From the NCBI GenBank assembly GCA_021404905.1, contig QWHN01000001.1, forward strand, positions 325,275 through 389,274: DNA of 64,000 nt, in the 5' to 3' direction. The translations under genes and the position numbers were made by a program. Below are positions 40,411-51,716 of this stretch, piece by piece. The notes under the pieces were generated by a model. The model saw nothing but the letters and a program-made list of their open reading frames with translations, did not search any database and was not told the origin of the DNA. The stretch comes from Candidatus Saccharibacteria bacterium CPR2. GTDB taxonomy: Bacteria > Patescibacteriota > Saccharimonadia > Saccharimonadales > QWHN01. The first letter of the stretch is position 1, and the number at the start of each line of letters is the position of its first letter.

Positions 40411-41658
40411 ATGCACAGACAAGCACAGTACTTTGTTGGAATAGATGTTGGTTCAAATAACACAAGATGTGTTATTGGATTTTCTGATAATGACGACATG
40501 ATTCCATCTATAGTAGGAGTTGGTGAATCTCCTAGTGTGGGAATGAGAAAGGGCAATATCGTAGAAGTCAATGAAGTCGTTCAATCTATTGATAGCGCAA
40601 TTGCTGAAGCTGAGAGATCTTCTGGGTTAAAGTTGCCTGGTACAACTATAGGAGTTAACGGTACTCATATTTTGAGCATGAGCTCTAAAGGAGTAATTGC
40701 TGTCAGCAGTGGCAGCAGGGAAATTACCGCTGATGAAATTGCTAGAGCTGAAGAAGCAGCTACAGTAGTGCAACTACCTGCTAATAGGGAAATAATTCAG
40801 GTTTTCCCTAAAAAATATCGTCTTGATGGTCAGGACAACATAAAAGACCCAACTGGTATGAGTGGCGTAAGGCTGGAGATTGACGCTCAAGTAGTAACAG
40901 CATCCATACCAGCACTGAGAAATCTTGATAAAGTTTTTAATAATCTTCAACTTCAAATCCATCAACATGTTTTAAATGGTGTGGCAGCTGCTGAAGCGGT
41001 ACTAAGTCGTCCCCAAAAGGAGAATGGAGTTGCGTTGATCGATATAGGGGGTGGAACTACTAATGTTGCTGTATTTGAAGAAGGTGATTTGCAGCACGCA
41101 GCTGTATTGCCTGTTGGTGGTAATAATATTACCAATGATTTAGCCATTGGATTAAGAACAGATCTTGATATCGCAGAAAAAGTTAAAATTAAACATGGTA
41201 CAGCAAAGTATGACGATACAAAAAGGGACAGAGAAATACATTTTGGCCAGGGTAAGAGCCAACATATTTTTGACGGTGAAGAAATTGAGATGATAATCCA
41301 AGCACGACTAGATGAGATTTTTGAATTGGTTGAGGAAGAATTAGATAAAGTTGACAGAAAGGGAAAACTACCTGGCGGTGTTGTTCTTGTCGGCGGGGGA
41401 GCAAAACTTACTAATATAGATGAATATGCAAAAGAAAAACTGAGATTACCAGCTAGAGTCCAAAAACCAAAAGGCTTTTCAGGTTTATCTGATAGAGTTG
41501 ATGATCCCAGCTTTTCAACAGTTATAGGGTTAATGCTTTATGATGCTCATTCTATCGGTGGGGGAAGACAAAAGGGCTGGATGATAAACGCTGGTAAGAG
41601 TGGTATATCCGGTGCCAGCAAAGTACTCAAACAAATTTTTCATAGACTAAAACCTTAA
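40411..41658 (+). CDS. ftsA: Cell division protein FtsA
   Basis: Actin-fold motifs GIDVGSNNTRCVI and LIDIGGGTTNVAVF. Lies directly upstream of ftsZ. Confidence 0.9.
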   Translation: MHRQAQYFVGIDVGSNNTRCVIGFSDNDDMIPSIVGVGESPSVGMRKGNIVEVNEVVQSIDSAIAEAERSSGLKLPGTTIGVNGTHILSMSSKGVIAVSSGSREITADEIARAEEAATVVQLPANREIIQVFPKKYRLDGQDNIKDPTGMSGVRLEIDAQVVTASIPALRNLDKVFNNLQLQIHQHVLNGVAAAEAVLSRPQKENGVALIDIGGGTTNVAVFEEGDLQHAAVLPVGGNNITNDLAIGLRTDLDIAEKVKIKHGTAKYDDTKRDREIHFGQGKSQHIFDGEEIEMIIQARLDEIFELVEEELDKVDRKGKLPGGVVLVGGGAKLTNIDEYAKEKLRLPARVQKPKGFSGLSDRVDDPSFSTVIGLMLYDAHSIGGGRQKGWMINAGKSGISGASKVLKQIFHRLKP

Positions 41659-41783
41659 GGTTTAATCTGTTCAAGCATTATCGTATATATTATTTGCACA
41701 GAAAAATAATTGACGAATAAAATGTTTGAACCAAATAAAATCAGGCTGTATACTTTATTTATAATTTATGTTTGAGGGAGAAA

Positions 41784-43061
41784 ATGGCAGAAGTTGCACC
41801 AGCAATTGAAACATTTGCGCGAATTAAGGTAGTGGGCGTAGGTGGCGGAGGTGGAGCAGCAATTAATCGCATGGTAGATGCTGGAGTTCACGGTGTTGAA
41901 TTCGTGGCAATTAATACAGACGCCCAGGCACTACATCATTCAAAGGCTCAAACGAAAATTCATATCGGTAAAAATGCTACGAAAGGTTTAGGGGCTGGGG
42001 CTGATCCTTCGGCTGGTAAAGAAGCTGCCCTGGAATCCAAAGAAGAAATTTCCAAAGTGCTTCAGGGTTCTGATATGATTTTTATAACTTTTGGAGCCGG
42101 AGGAGGCACCGGAAGTGGCGCGGGTCCTGTAATTGCTGAAATTGCACAAGAACTGGAAACTTTAGTTGTAGGAATTGCAACAAAACCTTTTGCATTTGAA
42201 GGAGATAAACGTCGAAGAAATGCTGAGGTAGCAGTTGAAGAATTGGGTAAGCATGTCGATACTCTCATAACTATTCCAAACGACAGGCTACTACAGACTA
42301 TCGACAGAAGAACTCCACTCCTTGAGGCATTTAAAGTTGCTGATGATGTTTTAAGGCAAGGTGTTCAAGGAATTTCAGACCTTATTACTATACATGGGCT
42401 AATAAATCTTGATTTCGCAGATGTTAAGAGCGTTATGACCAAGGCTGGCTCGGCTCTTATGGGTATTGGTTCGGCCAGTGGTGATAACAGAGCCGTTGAT
42501 GCGGCACATAAGGCCATAGAGTCACCGCTACTGGAAGTTTCCATTGATGGGGCTAGAGGGGTCCTGTTTAACGTAACTGGTGGGCCCGATATGTCCATGC
42601 ATGAAGTTAATGAGGCTGCTGAAGTAATTACAGGAGCGGTTGATCCAGAAGCTAACATAATCTTTGGTGCCACGATTGATCCAGAGAAACAGGATGAAAT
42701 TACTATAACGGTAATTGCAGCTGGGTTTGACGCATCTTATTTTGTGGCAAGAAATAATAAACAAGAAACTGGCCTATCATATTTTGGCCAGGGAGGATCA
42801 GCAGGCGAGCAGGCGGACTTGGATAGTGACTCTACAAAAGCTACTACTACCGAACCAGACGTTGAAGATGTTAAAGATATAGACATGGAACTTGAATCTG
42901 AGGAAGAGAAGCAACCAGAGTTTGACAAGGAAGATAAGTCGGCTCCAAACATATGGACATATAACGATGAAGACGACGATGCTTATGAAAGCCCTGCTTT
43001 TGTACGACGAAAAAAAGAGAAAAACCACAAAAAAGACGAAAAAAATGAAGAAAAGGCTTGA
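41784..43061 (+). CDS. ftsZ: Cell division protein FtsZ
   Basis: [35 protein letters not shown]. Acidic/basic C-terminal tail. GAGGGAG Shine-Dalgarno before ATG 41784. Confidence 0.97.
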   Translation: MAEVAPAIETFARIKVVGVGGGGGAAINRMVDAGVHGVEFVAINTDAQALHHSKAQTKIHIGKNATKGLGAGADPSAGKEAALESKEEISKVLQGSDMIFITFGAGGGTGSGAGPVIAEIAQELETLVVGIATKPFAFEGDKRRRNAEVAVEELGKHVDTLITIPNDRLLQTIDRRTPLLEAFKVADDVLRQGVQGISDLITIHGLINLDFADVKSVMTKAGSALMGIGSASGDNRAVDAAHKAIESPLLEVSIDGARGVLFNVTGGPDMSMHEVNEAAEVITGAVDPEANIIFGATIDPEKQDEITITVIAAGFDASYFVARNNKQETGLSYFGQGGSAGEQADLDSDSTKATTTEPDVEDVKDIDMELESEEEKQPEFDKEDKSAPNIWTYNDEDDDAYESPAFVRRKKEKNHKKDEKNEEKA

Positions 43062-43158
43062 AAGGCACTACAAATAGCGCTAATATATCAAGTAGGTACG
43101 CTATATATGGAAAACAAAAAGGTATAGCAAACAGTACATTAGGAGGGATTACTGCTTT

Positions 43159-43623
43159 ATGAAATGTCCACATTGCCAAGAAGTTGATTCGAAAGTCATT
43201 GAATCTCGTGACGTAGCTGATGGTGAAGCTATAAGACGGCGTCGACAGTGCCAAAATTGCAATCAAAGATATACTACTTATGAAAGGCTTGAGTACCCGC
43301 ATTTGGTTGTAGTCAAAAAAGATGGCACCAGAGAGCTGTTTAATAGAAATAAGCTGATAGCAGGTTTACAAAGAGCTTGCGAAAAGACTCCGGTTACGAG
43401 CATGCAGATAGAAGATCTTGTAGCTGAGGTTGAGCGCGATTTGTATGCTAGAGGTGAGAATGAGCTCTCTTCTCGTGATGTGGGTGAATTAGTAATGCAG
43501 AAACTCGCAGATTTGAATGAAGTCGCCTATGTTCGATTCGCCAGTGTTTATCGTAGTTTTAAGGATATTCAAAGTTTTGAGAAAGCGCTGCAGATGATAA
43601 AAAATAAAGACCAGGGCGGTTAG
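43159..43623 (+). CDS. nrdR: Transcriptional repressor NrdR
   Basis: Zinc ribbon MKCPHC...CQNC plus an ATP-cone. Lies upstream of nrdJ. Confidence 0.95.
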   Translation: MKCPHCQEVDSKVIESRDVADGEAIRRRRQCQNCNQRYTTYERLEYPHLVVVKKDGTRELFNRNKLIAGLQRACEKTPVTSMQIEDLVAEVERDLYARGENELSSRDVGELVMQKLADLNEVAYVRFASVYRSFKDIQSFEKALQMIKNKDQGG

Positions 43624-43745
43624 TTAATATAAACGGCAACTGTGTTTTCGTTTTCAACAATGAAAAAGAGAACAGGGTGGCTGTTTGGGAGATCAGCACC
43701 TCTAATAAATAAAAACTAAAACAATAAAGGAGTGAGGGTAGAGTT

Positions 43746-46437
43746 ATGGCACAAGCAACAGCACTTGGAATAAGGCGCTTTTTTACAAAGGCCGGTAAAC
43801 ATCCATATGATGAGTTTACTTGGATGAAACGTGATTCATCCATAGTAAATCCGATTACCAATAAGCCTGTATTCGAGCAAAAACAAGTTGAATTTCCGGA
43901 TACTTGGTCTCAAAATGCAATTAATATCGTTGCGCAAAAGTATTTTTTTGGCACATTAAATTCTAAAGAAAGAGAAAAATCTTTAAAACAACTTATTGAT
44001 CGAGTTGTCGATACGATTACAAAGCATGGTATTAAAGAACGTTATTTTGTTGATGAAACAGAGGCAGAAACTTTCAGCGATGAACTAAAGTTTATTTTAA
44101 CGTCACAAAGAGCAGCTTTTAATTCTCCTGTTTGGTTTAATATTGGTGCGGCTGGGAGAGAACAACAAGCCAGCGCATGTTTTATTTTAAAAGTTGAAGA
44201 TGAAATGCCTTCAATTTTAAATTGGTACAAAGAAGAGGGCATGATATTTAAGGGTGGATCTGGTTCTGGAATTAACCTGAGCACTCTGCGTTCTTCGTAT
44301 GAAGCTTTAAGAAAGAGCGCCGGTACAGCCTCGGGCCCTTTGAGTTTTATGCGCGGCGCCGATGCTTCAGCTGGGGCAATCAAAAGCGGCGGTAAAACCA
44401 GACGGGCAGCCAAAATGGTCATTTTAAATATCGATCATCCTGACATAGAAGACTTTATTTGGTGTAAATCAATAGAGGAAAGAAAAGCGCGAGTATTGCA
44501 AGAGGCTGGATATGATATGGATCTAGACGGCAAAGATTCCTTCTCGGTTCAATATCAGAATGCTAATAATTCGGTCAGAGTAACAGATGAATTTATGGAA
44601 GCTGTAGAAAATAATGACGATTGGCAACTAAAAGCTATTACTACCGGTAGGGTTATAAAAACTGTTAAGGCCAGAGATATTATGCGCCAGATCTCTGAAG
44701 CTGCATGGGAATGCGCCGATCCGGGGATGCAGTTTGATACGGTAATTAATAAATGGCATACAACTCCTAATGCAGGCCGGATCAATGCATCAAATCCGTG
44801 TAGTGAGTATATGCATTTAGATAATTCTGCGTGTAACTTAGCCTCAATAAACCTCCTGAAATATTTAAATGAAGATGGGACCTTCGACATTGAGGCTTAT
44901 AAGCATACAATCGAGGTTGTATTTACTGCACAGGAAATATTAGTTGGATATTCTACATACCCAACTGAATCTATCGGGTACGGCTTATGCAACCAGCGCT
45001 AAATTGGCAAGACGTGTTGGTTCATTTGCAGGGTTTGATAAAGATCGCGAAGGGGTGCTTAGGGTTCTGAGACAACATAGACAGGCCATCGCAGAAATAA
45101 ACCCCACCTTGGTGCCTGAAGATTTGCTAAGTGCTGCTGCAAGCGCTTGGGACGAAGCAATAGAACAGGGAACAATACACGGGATTCGCAATAGTCAGGC
45201 GACGGTACTCGCACCTACAGGAACAATTGGTTTTATGATGGACTGTGATACTACAGGTATTGAACCAGATTTAGGTTTAGTGAAAATCAAAAAGCTTGTT
45301 GGTGGCGGAACCATGAATATAGTCAACCAAACTGTTCCTAGAGCCCTAAAACAACTTGGATACTCTAAAGATCAAATTCAGGACATAGTTAGTTATATAG
45401 ATAAAGAAAAAACTATACTCGGAGCTCCTCATTTAATGGATGACCATGTGGATGTGTTTGCTTGTTCCATGGGTGACAATGCAATCCATTACGGCGGCCA
45501 TGTAACCATGATGGCGGCGGTTCAACCATTTATATCCGGTGCTATATCAAAAACTGTTAACATGCCGGAGAATGTTACTGTTGAAGATGTAGAGCAACTA
45601 CATATAGATGCATGGAAATTAGGCCTCAAAGCAGTTGCCATTTATAGAGACAATTGTAAGGTTGCTCAGCCTCTGGCAATGGCCAAGAAAGAGTCTAAAT
45701 CTGAAAAACCAGTATCGATCGAAACAGCGAAAGTGCAAGAAGACACAGAAAAATTTGTATACAAAGGCGCGGTACGAAGAAAGTTGCCTCGCCAGAGAAA
45801 GAGTAAAACTTATGAGTTCCATGTCGCAGATTGCAAAGGCTTCTTTACTGTCGGTGAATTTGAAGATGGCACACCCGGGGAGTTGTTCATTAGGGTGGCC
45901 AAACAAGGTTCTACCCTCGCTGGAGTGATGGATTCTTTCGCGATTTCAGTAAGTCACGGGTTGCAATTCGGGGTTCCATTAAAGAATTTTGCTAAGACAT
46001 TTCTTAATTGGACTTATGCGCCTTCTGGTTTAACTGACGATCCGGAAATACGTACCGCTTCGTCGCTTACGGACTATATTTTTAGAAGACTTGCTAAAGA
46101 TTATTTACCATTTGAAGATCAGCTTGAGCTTGGCATGGTAAACATAAACGACCAGCAAAACCAAATTCAAACAAGTCTGATCAAGGACGAAAAAATTGAA
46201 TCCAGTGAAGAGGCAGTAAAAACCGACAGTGTTGATAAGCAGGCAATGCAGGAAACTACAAAACCAGAACCAAAAATTTCTAGTGAATCTCTAATAAAAG
46301 ATGAAGCGGCGACAAAGAAATCAAATACGAATATAGATACATCCGCGCCTCTGTGCTACAACTGTGGCAATAAGACGGTTCGAGCCGGTGCCTGCTATGT
46401 TTGCACGGCCTGCGGAACCAGTACAGGCTGCGGTTAA
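43746..46437 (+). pseudogene. nrdJ: Class II (B12-dependent) ribonucleotide reductase, interrupted
   Basis: SNPCSEYMHLDNSACNLASINL active-site loop, LAPTGTIGFMMDCDTTGIEPD, AISKTVNMP, C-terminal CxxC...CxxC tail. The reading frame switches (+1) at about 44976, and the block normally carrying R-LG(L/I)GY-NLG appears to be absent. Confidence 0.8.
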
Positions 46438-46520
46438 AGAATGACCATGGCTGGCTCTTGAAGTTTGCTCACATTTTGCCTTGATACCAAATACAAAATG
46501 CTTAATACTTAATACTGTTT

Positions 46521-46787
46521 ATGAAAGCGGTTATTCTTTATCGGTCTCAGTCAGATCACGAGCGATCTGTTAATGATTACATGCACGATTTTGAACATCA
46601 AACGGGTAAAACCATTGAAGCTCTAGATGTTGAACAGCAGGAAGGACAGGAGTTAGCTCAGTTGTATGACATAATGCAGTATCCCGCTGTAATTGCCAGG
46701 GCAGAAGATGGGTCGCTAATCAAAGTTTGGTCAGACGGGCAGCTGCCACTCATGAATGAACTATCTTATTTTATAAAGGGCGATTAG
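46521..46787 (+). CDS. Hypothetical small protein (thioredoxin-fold-like, no CxxC)
   Basis: 88-aa ORF downstream of nrdJ. No catalytic motif seen. Confidence 0.5.
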   Translation: MKAVILYRSQSDHERSVNDYMHDFEHQTGKTIEALDVEQQEGQELAQLYDIMQYPAVIARAEDGSLIKVWSDGQLPLMNELSYFIKGD

Positions 46788-46923
46788 GACTTAACCTACT
46801 ATACTGACTAATACAGTTAAAACTGGTATATTTAATTTATTCAAAACATCAAGAGGATGGTATTAATTTATTGAAGTTTAGTAGCTTTATTTTTAAGTTA
46901 GGGCAGAGGAGTTAAGAAAATAC

Positions 46924-49902
46924 ATGGCTGATTTTGACAGTTCAAAGAAGGATAAATCAAGATTTGCTTTAATAGAGGAAGAGATTCTGGACGTTTGGGA
47001 GAAAGAAAAAACTTTTGAACAATCGATAAAGCAGAGACAAGGCAGAGAGTATTATAGTTTTTTTGATGGCCCGCCGTTTGCTAATGGCTTGCCTCATTTC
47101 GGCCACTCTTTAGTAACCGCTATCAAAGATTCAATGTTGAGATATAAGACCATGAGGGGATATTATGTGCCAAGGAGAAACGGATGGGATTGCCATGGTT
47201 TGCCTGTTGAATTTGCGATTGAAAAAGAATTTGGTATCAGCGGTAAAAAGCAGATATTAGATTTGGGCCTGGAAAAATTTAACAATGCTTGCCGCGATTC
47301 AATTTTTAAGTATAAAGCTGATTGGGAAGCATTTTTAAAGCGTATTGGACGATGGAGCGAATACGAAAACTATTATGCCACCGTAGATAGAGACTACACG
47401 GAAAGTGTGTGGTGGGTGATGAAACAGATTCACGACAGGGGCCTCCTCAAAAGAGGGTTTAAGTCAATGCCTTATTGTCCAAGATGTGAAACACCACTAT
47501 CAAACTTTGAGCTCAATGAAGGTTATCAAGACAACGTTACTGACCCAAGTTTATACGTTAAGTTTAAACTTAAAGATGAAGACGCATATTTACTGGCATG
47601 GACAACAACCCCGTGGAGTTTGCCTGGAAACGCGGCTATTGCGGTGGATGCGACTGCAAAATATGTATACGTTGAATTAATGCCAGAAAATAACAGCAAA
47701 GAAATATTAATACTGGCTAAAGATAGACTATCCCTCCTGGAATCTCAAAAATACAAAGTTCTAAAAGAGTTAAAAGGCAGTGAGCTAACGGGTAAAAAAT
47801 ACCAGCCCTTATTTAATTATAAAAAATTTAAAAATAACAAGCTGTCTGAAAATATGTATAAAATTTGGTCAGCGGACTTCGTAAGCACTGAAGATGGTAC
47901 AGGTGTTTTACATGTTGCGCCAGCGTTCGGAGAGGATGATTTAAATCTTGGCGAAGAACATGGTTTAGAGGTTATTAAAACAGTTGACTCCAGCGGGCGC
48001 ATAACAGATGACTTTAGCCCGAACAATTTTGCCGGTAAATTCTTTCGTAAAGCAAATGAAGACATTATTGCGCATCTAAGTAAGGCTGGTAATGTATTTT
48101 TGGCAGAAAATATTCAACACACATATCCATTTTGCTATCGCTGCGACAGCCCTTTGCTTTACTATGCTGTTACTACGTGGTTCGTAGCAGTCTCAACTAT
48201 CAGAGATAAATTAATTAAAACAGCCGAATCTATAAATTGGGTGCCAGCAAATATCAAAGAAGGTAGATTTGGCAAGTGGCTTGAGGGGGCAAAAGACTGG
48301 GCGATTAGCCGCAACCGTTACTGGGGCGCGCCGATGCCTGTTTGGGTAAATGAAAATGATGATAACGACTATATTGTTGTTGAGGGCATCAAGGATCTGA
48401 AAAAGCTTGCCGGCAACGACATAGACGTGGAAGATTTACACAGGCCTTATATAGATAATATTCAGTTTACTAAGGACGGAAAGACCTACAAAAGGGTAGA
48501 AGAAGTTATAGATTGTTGGTTTGAGAGTGGCAGCATGAGTGTTGCCCAGCATCATTATCCATTTGAGAATAAAGAAGAATTTAATAGATCTTTTCCGGCA
48601 GATTTTATTATTGAAGGATTAGACCAGACTCGATTATGGTTCTATGTTCAGCATGTAATCGCAACGATTCTATTTGATAAGCCGGCATATAAGAATGTTG
48701 TCGTTAACGGTATGATAATGGCAGCTGACGGGCAAAAATTAAGCAAGAGATTAAAAAATTACCCGCCCACAGAAGATGTATTTCACAATGAAGGTGCAGA
48801 CGCGTGGCGTTTGTATTTGTTATCTAGTAGCCAAGCCACAGAAACAGCAGATTATATGAGATTTGATAGAGATGGCATGAAAGACGTTCAACGCAACGTG
48901 CTAATGAGATTATTAAATTCTTATAATTTCTTTGAAATGTATGCTCAAATTGATGAATGGAAACCAAATAATGTATTCAATGAACCAACCAGCAGTAATA
49001 TTTTAGATAAATGGATTCTCTCGAGAGTGAATGAAGTTATAAGAATTACAACGAAATCAGCTGATGATTATAAAATTGCTCATGCAATTGACCCTGTAAT
49101 TAGCTTAATAGACGATCTTTCTAATTGGTACATCAGGAGATCCCGAAGGCGTTTTTGGCGCGAGTCTGCTGTGGCTAATAGGAAAGATGGTGAAAAGTCT
49201 GAGCAAGATGAAGATAAGAACAACGCCTATGCAACGCTTTGGTATTCTCTAGTGACTATCTGTAAATTGTTGGCACCATGGGCTCCATTTTTCAGTGATT
49301 ATCTATATAGAAAATTGGTAAAAAATAATAAAAATTTGCCGTCGTCGGTTCATTTATGTGATTGGCCGGAGGCTGGCAACGTAGATAAAAAGATTCTCGA
49401 GAGCATGAAGACAGCTCGGGGAATCATTAATGAAGGATTGGCTCAAAGGGCTGAGGCTGGAATAAAAGTAAGGCAGCCACTAGAGTCAGTAAATGTAGAG
49501 ATAGATACAACAATGCCGAATGATCTACTAGTGATAATTATGGAAGAACTGAATTTAAAAAAATTGCCTAAAATCGTAAAAGGTAAAGGTAATAAAGTAG
49601 AATTAAATACAACAATAACTCAATCATTAAAACTTGAGGGCATAAGCAGAGATCTGATCCGACATATACAAAACTTAAGAAAAGAGTCTAAATTAAATGT
49701 TGATGATAGGATACTGCTCGCAGTATCAGGAAAGGATAAATTAATAGACCAGATCATTAAGGAATTTGGTGAAGTTATACAAAGGGAAACACTAGCTTTG
49801 GGTCTTAGCAAAGGCTCGAATTACGAATACAGTAAAAAAATCTTTATAGATAAAGAAGATATATCTATATCTTTGGAAATTGCTAAAGAACGAAATGGTT
49901 AG
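46924..49902 (+). CDS. ileS: Isoleucyl-tRNA synthetase
   Basis: PPFANGLPHFGH (HIGH-type), WDCHGLP, KLSKRLKNY (KMSKS-type). 992 aa. Confidence 0.94.
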   Translation: MADFDSSKKDKSRFALIEEEILDVWEKEKTFEQSIKQRQGREYYSFFDGPPFANGLPHFGHSLVTAIKDSMLRYKTMRGYYVPRRNGWDCHGLPVEFAIEKEFGISGKKQILDLGLEKFNNACRDSIFKYKADWEAFLKRIGRWSEYENYYATVDRDYTESVWWVMKQIHDRGLLKRGFKSMPYCPRCETPLSNFELNEGYQDNVTDPSLYVKFKLKDEDAYLLAWTTTPWSLPGNAAIAVDATAKYVYVELMPENNSKEILILAKDRLSLLESQKYKVLKELKGSELTGKKYQPLFNYKKFKNNKLSENMYKIWSADFVSTEDGTGVLHVAPAFGEDDLNLGEEHGLEVIKTVDSSGRITDDFSPNNFAGKFFRKANEDIIAHLSKAGNVFLAENIQHTYPFCYRCDSPLLYYAVTTWFVAVSTIRDKLIKTAESINWVPANIKEGRFGKWLEGAKDWAISRNRYWGAPMPVWVNENDDNDYIVVEGIKDLKKLAGNDIDVEDLHRPYIDNIQFTKDGKTYKRVEEVIDCWFESGSMSVAQHHYPFENKEEFNRSFPADFIIEGLDQTRLWFYVQHVIATILFDKPAYKNVVVNGMIMAADGQKLSKRLKNYPPTEDVFHNEGADAWRLYLLSSSQATETADYMRFDRDGMKDVQRNVLMRLLNSYNFFEMYAQIDEWKPNNVFNEPTSSNILDKWILSRVNEVIRITTKSADDYKIAHAIDPVISLIDDLSNWYIRRSRRRFWRESAVANRKDGEKSEQDEDKNNAYATLWYSLVTICKLLAPWAPFFSDYLYRKLVKNNKNLPSSVHLCDWPEAGNVDKKILESMKTARGIINEGLAQRAEAGIKVRQPLESVNVEIDTTMPNDLLVIIMEELNLKKLPKIVKGKGNKVELNTTITQSLKLEGISRDLIRHIQNLRKESKLNVDDRILLAVSGKDKLIDQIIKEFGEVIQRETLALGLSKGSNYEYSKKIFIDKEDISISLEIAKERNG

Positions 49903-50992
49903 GAGAGCTACAAAAAGTATTTTCCTTGTTGACTGGGCCCTGATATTACCAGTCTTGTATTTAACAGGTATTGGTTTGGTAATCTTAGAGTCAATCGACC
50001 AAAGTTTGGCTACTGTGGAATTTAGTATGACGACACAATATATCGCCCTTGCAATAGGGTTTGTATTGTTCATTATGCTTTCGCGCACTGATGTGTCTAC
50101 ATGGAAACGATTAGCTCCATGGGTTTATTTACTCTCAATTATATTGCTCTTAGTAACTCCTATTGTTGGAGAAACGGCCTTTGGGTCTCAAAGGTGGATA
50201 CAACTTGGTAGTTTTCAGATACAACCATCTGAAATAGCAAAATTAGGCTTAATAGCAATATTAGCATTGCTTTTTACTAAGAGAAAAAAGGAGGTTAATA
50301 AGCCGTGGACAATACTTTTATCCATAATTTACGTAGTAATTCCTACAATATTAGTTGCTTCCCAACCAGATTTAGGAACTGCGGTGATATATCTTATGCT
50401 TTGGTTTGCCTTAGTGAGCGCAAGTTATCTTAGAAAAAGCACGGTATTTTTGATTGCAATTGTAGTATTACTTACAATACCAATTACTCTTCCTTTTCTT
50501 GCCGAATATCAAAAAGACAGAATAAATATATTTCTTAACCCAGATGAAGATCCTAGAGGAAGGGGCTATAACACTATACAATCAAGCATTGCTGTAGGAA
50601 GTGGGGGCTTAACGGGTAAGGGCCTTGATGCTGGCAGTCAAAGCCAATTGAATTTTCTACCTTCCCAACACACGGATTTTATATTTGCGGTCATGTCAGA
50701 AAAACTTGGGTTTATAGGGGCCATATCAGTTATTATCGCGTTTTGTGTTTTAGCGGTTAGATTGTTTGCCATTGCTTGGTCGTCTCAATTTCAGTTTGGA
50801 GGGTACGTAGCCCTTGGGGTGGGCATTCTTTTGTCAACTCAGGCGATAGTCAATATCGGGATGAATCTGGGCGTAATTCCAATTACCGGTCTACCCTTAC
50901 CATTTATAAGTTTTGGAGGATCTCATATAATTACTGAGCTTGCTCTAATTGGCATAGTTTTTAGCTCTAACAGGCCAGCCTCTTATAGATAA
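49895..50992 (+). CDS. SEDS family protein (FtsW/RodA)
   Basis: About 10 TM helices; QPSEIAKL, QPDLGTA and LPSQHTDFIFA motifs. ATG 49895 overlaps the ileS stop. Confidence 0.85.
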   Translation: MVRRATKSIFLVDWALILPVLYLTGIGLVILESIDQSLATVEFSMTTQYIALAIGFVLFIMLSRTDVSTWKRLAPWVYLLSIILLLVTPIVGETAFGSQRWIQLGSFQIQPSEIAKLGLIAILALLFTKRKKEVNKPWTILLSIIYVVIPTILVASQPDLGTAVIYLMLWFALVSASYLRKSTVFLIAIVVLLTIPITLPFLAEYQKDRINIFLNPDEDPRGRGYNTIQSSIAVGSGGLTGKGLDAGSQSQLNFLPSQHTDFIFAVMSEKLGFIGAISVIIAFCVLAVRLFAIAWSSQFQFGGYVALGVGILLSTQAIVNIGMNLGVIPITGLPLPFISFGGSHIITELALIGIVFSSNRPASYR

Positions 50993-51066
50993 ATTTTTTT
51001 TAATGTTGCCATTGGGCATATAATCTGTTAGAGTAATTTGGTTATTATTTCAAACATTAAGAGATT

Positions 51067-51369
51067 ATGAAAAAAGCAGTAATTAGCGCAGGTGGTAAGC
51101 AGTATATGGTCGCCAGTGGTGATGTTATTGAAATTGAGCTTCAAAAGAGTGATAAAAAACTGGAATTCTTCCCATTGTTGGTTGTAGATGAGGAAGAAAC
51201 TAGTGTTGGCAAGCCTTTTGTCGAAAAATCAACTGTTAAAGCCGAAGTCATAGGTGAGAGCAAGGGCGAAAAAGTTACCAGTATCAGGTTCAAGTCGAAA
51301 AAACGCGTTCATAAAACCAGAGGGCATAGGCAGAACTACAGCAAGATTAGAATTACGGCTATAGAGTAA
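51067..51369 (+). CDS. rplU: 50S ribosomal protein L21
   Basis: MKKAVISAGGKQYMVASGDVIEIE...; 100 aa. Confidence 0.93.
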   Translation: MKKAVISAGGKQYMVASGDVIEIELQKSDKKLEFFPLLVVDEEETSVGKPFVEKSTVKAEVIGESKGEKVTSIRFKSKKRVHKTRGHRQNYSKIRITAIE

Positions 51370-51371
51370 AG

Positions 51372-51401
51372 TTTTCCACACCAACTCTGTAATTATCCAC
51401 A
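51372..51401 (+). promoter_or_regulatory. DnaA-box-like motifs
   Basis: TTTTCCACA (51372-51380, 1 mismatch) and TTATCCACA (51393-51401, perfect match to the DnaA-box consensus). Confidence 0.3.
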
Positions 51402-51684
51402 GAAAACTTGGCTGAACAAAAAGTTTATGCTAACATCAAAGCGTATCCTCCAACGAAAATAAAAAATCGTTAGATCCACCACGAGAGATACAAACAAAAA
51501 ATAATCCGCTTTGCGACGAAATGTCGTGCGGGTTGAGGTTAAAAACAAAACATGGTTAGACTGACAGGGTTAATTGCCCTGTTGTCCACTGTCTTAGGTA
51601 TTGCTCTAAGAGCTATATCCATTATTTGGGTTACCTTAAAGCAAGTAGAGAATCGAGCAAAAAACGCTTGTAGGTTTTTTATTT

Positions 51685-51716
51685 CGCGTATGCGCACGCA
51701 TACGCGTGTTTTTTAT
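51685..51716 (+). terminator. Strong intrinsic terminator inside the listed ORF 51552
   Basis: CGCGTATGCG-CA-CGCATACGCG followed by TGTTTTTTATTT. Confidence 0.7.

Noticed and set aside
43624-43745. Cobalamin riboswitch upstream of the B12-dependent nrdJ.
   Set aside because: The region is too short, and I found no B12-box (rAGYCMGgAgaCCkGCc-like) motif.
46788-46923. T-box leader upstream of ileS.
   Set aside because: The spacer is only about 135 nt and AT-rich. It has no specifier-loop or T-box (AGGGUGGNACCGCG-like) sequence and no terminator/antiterminator pair.
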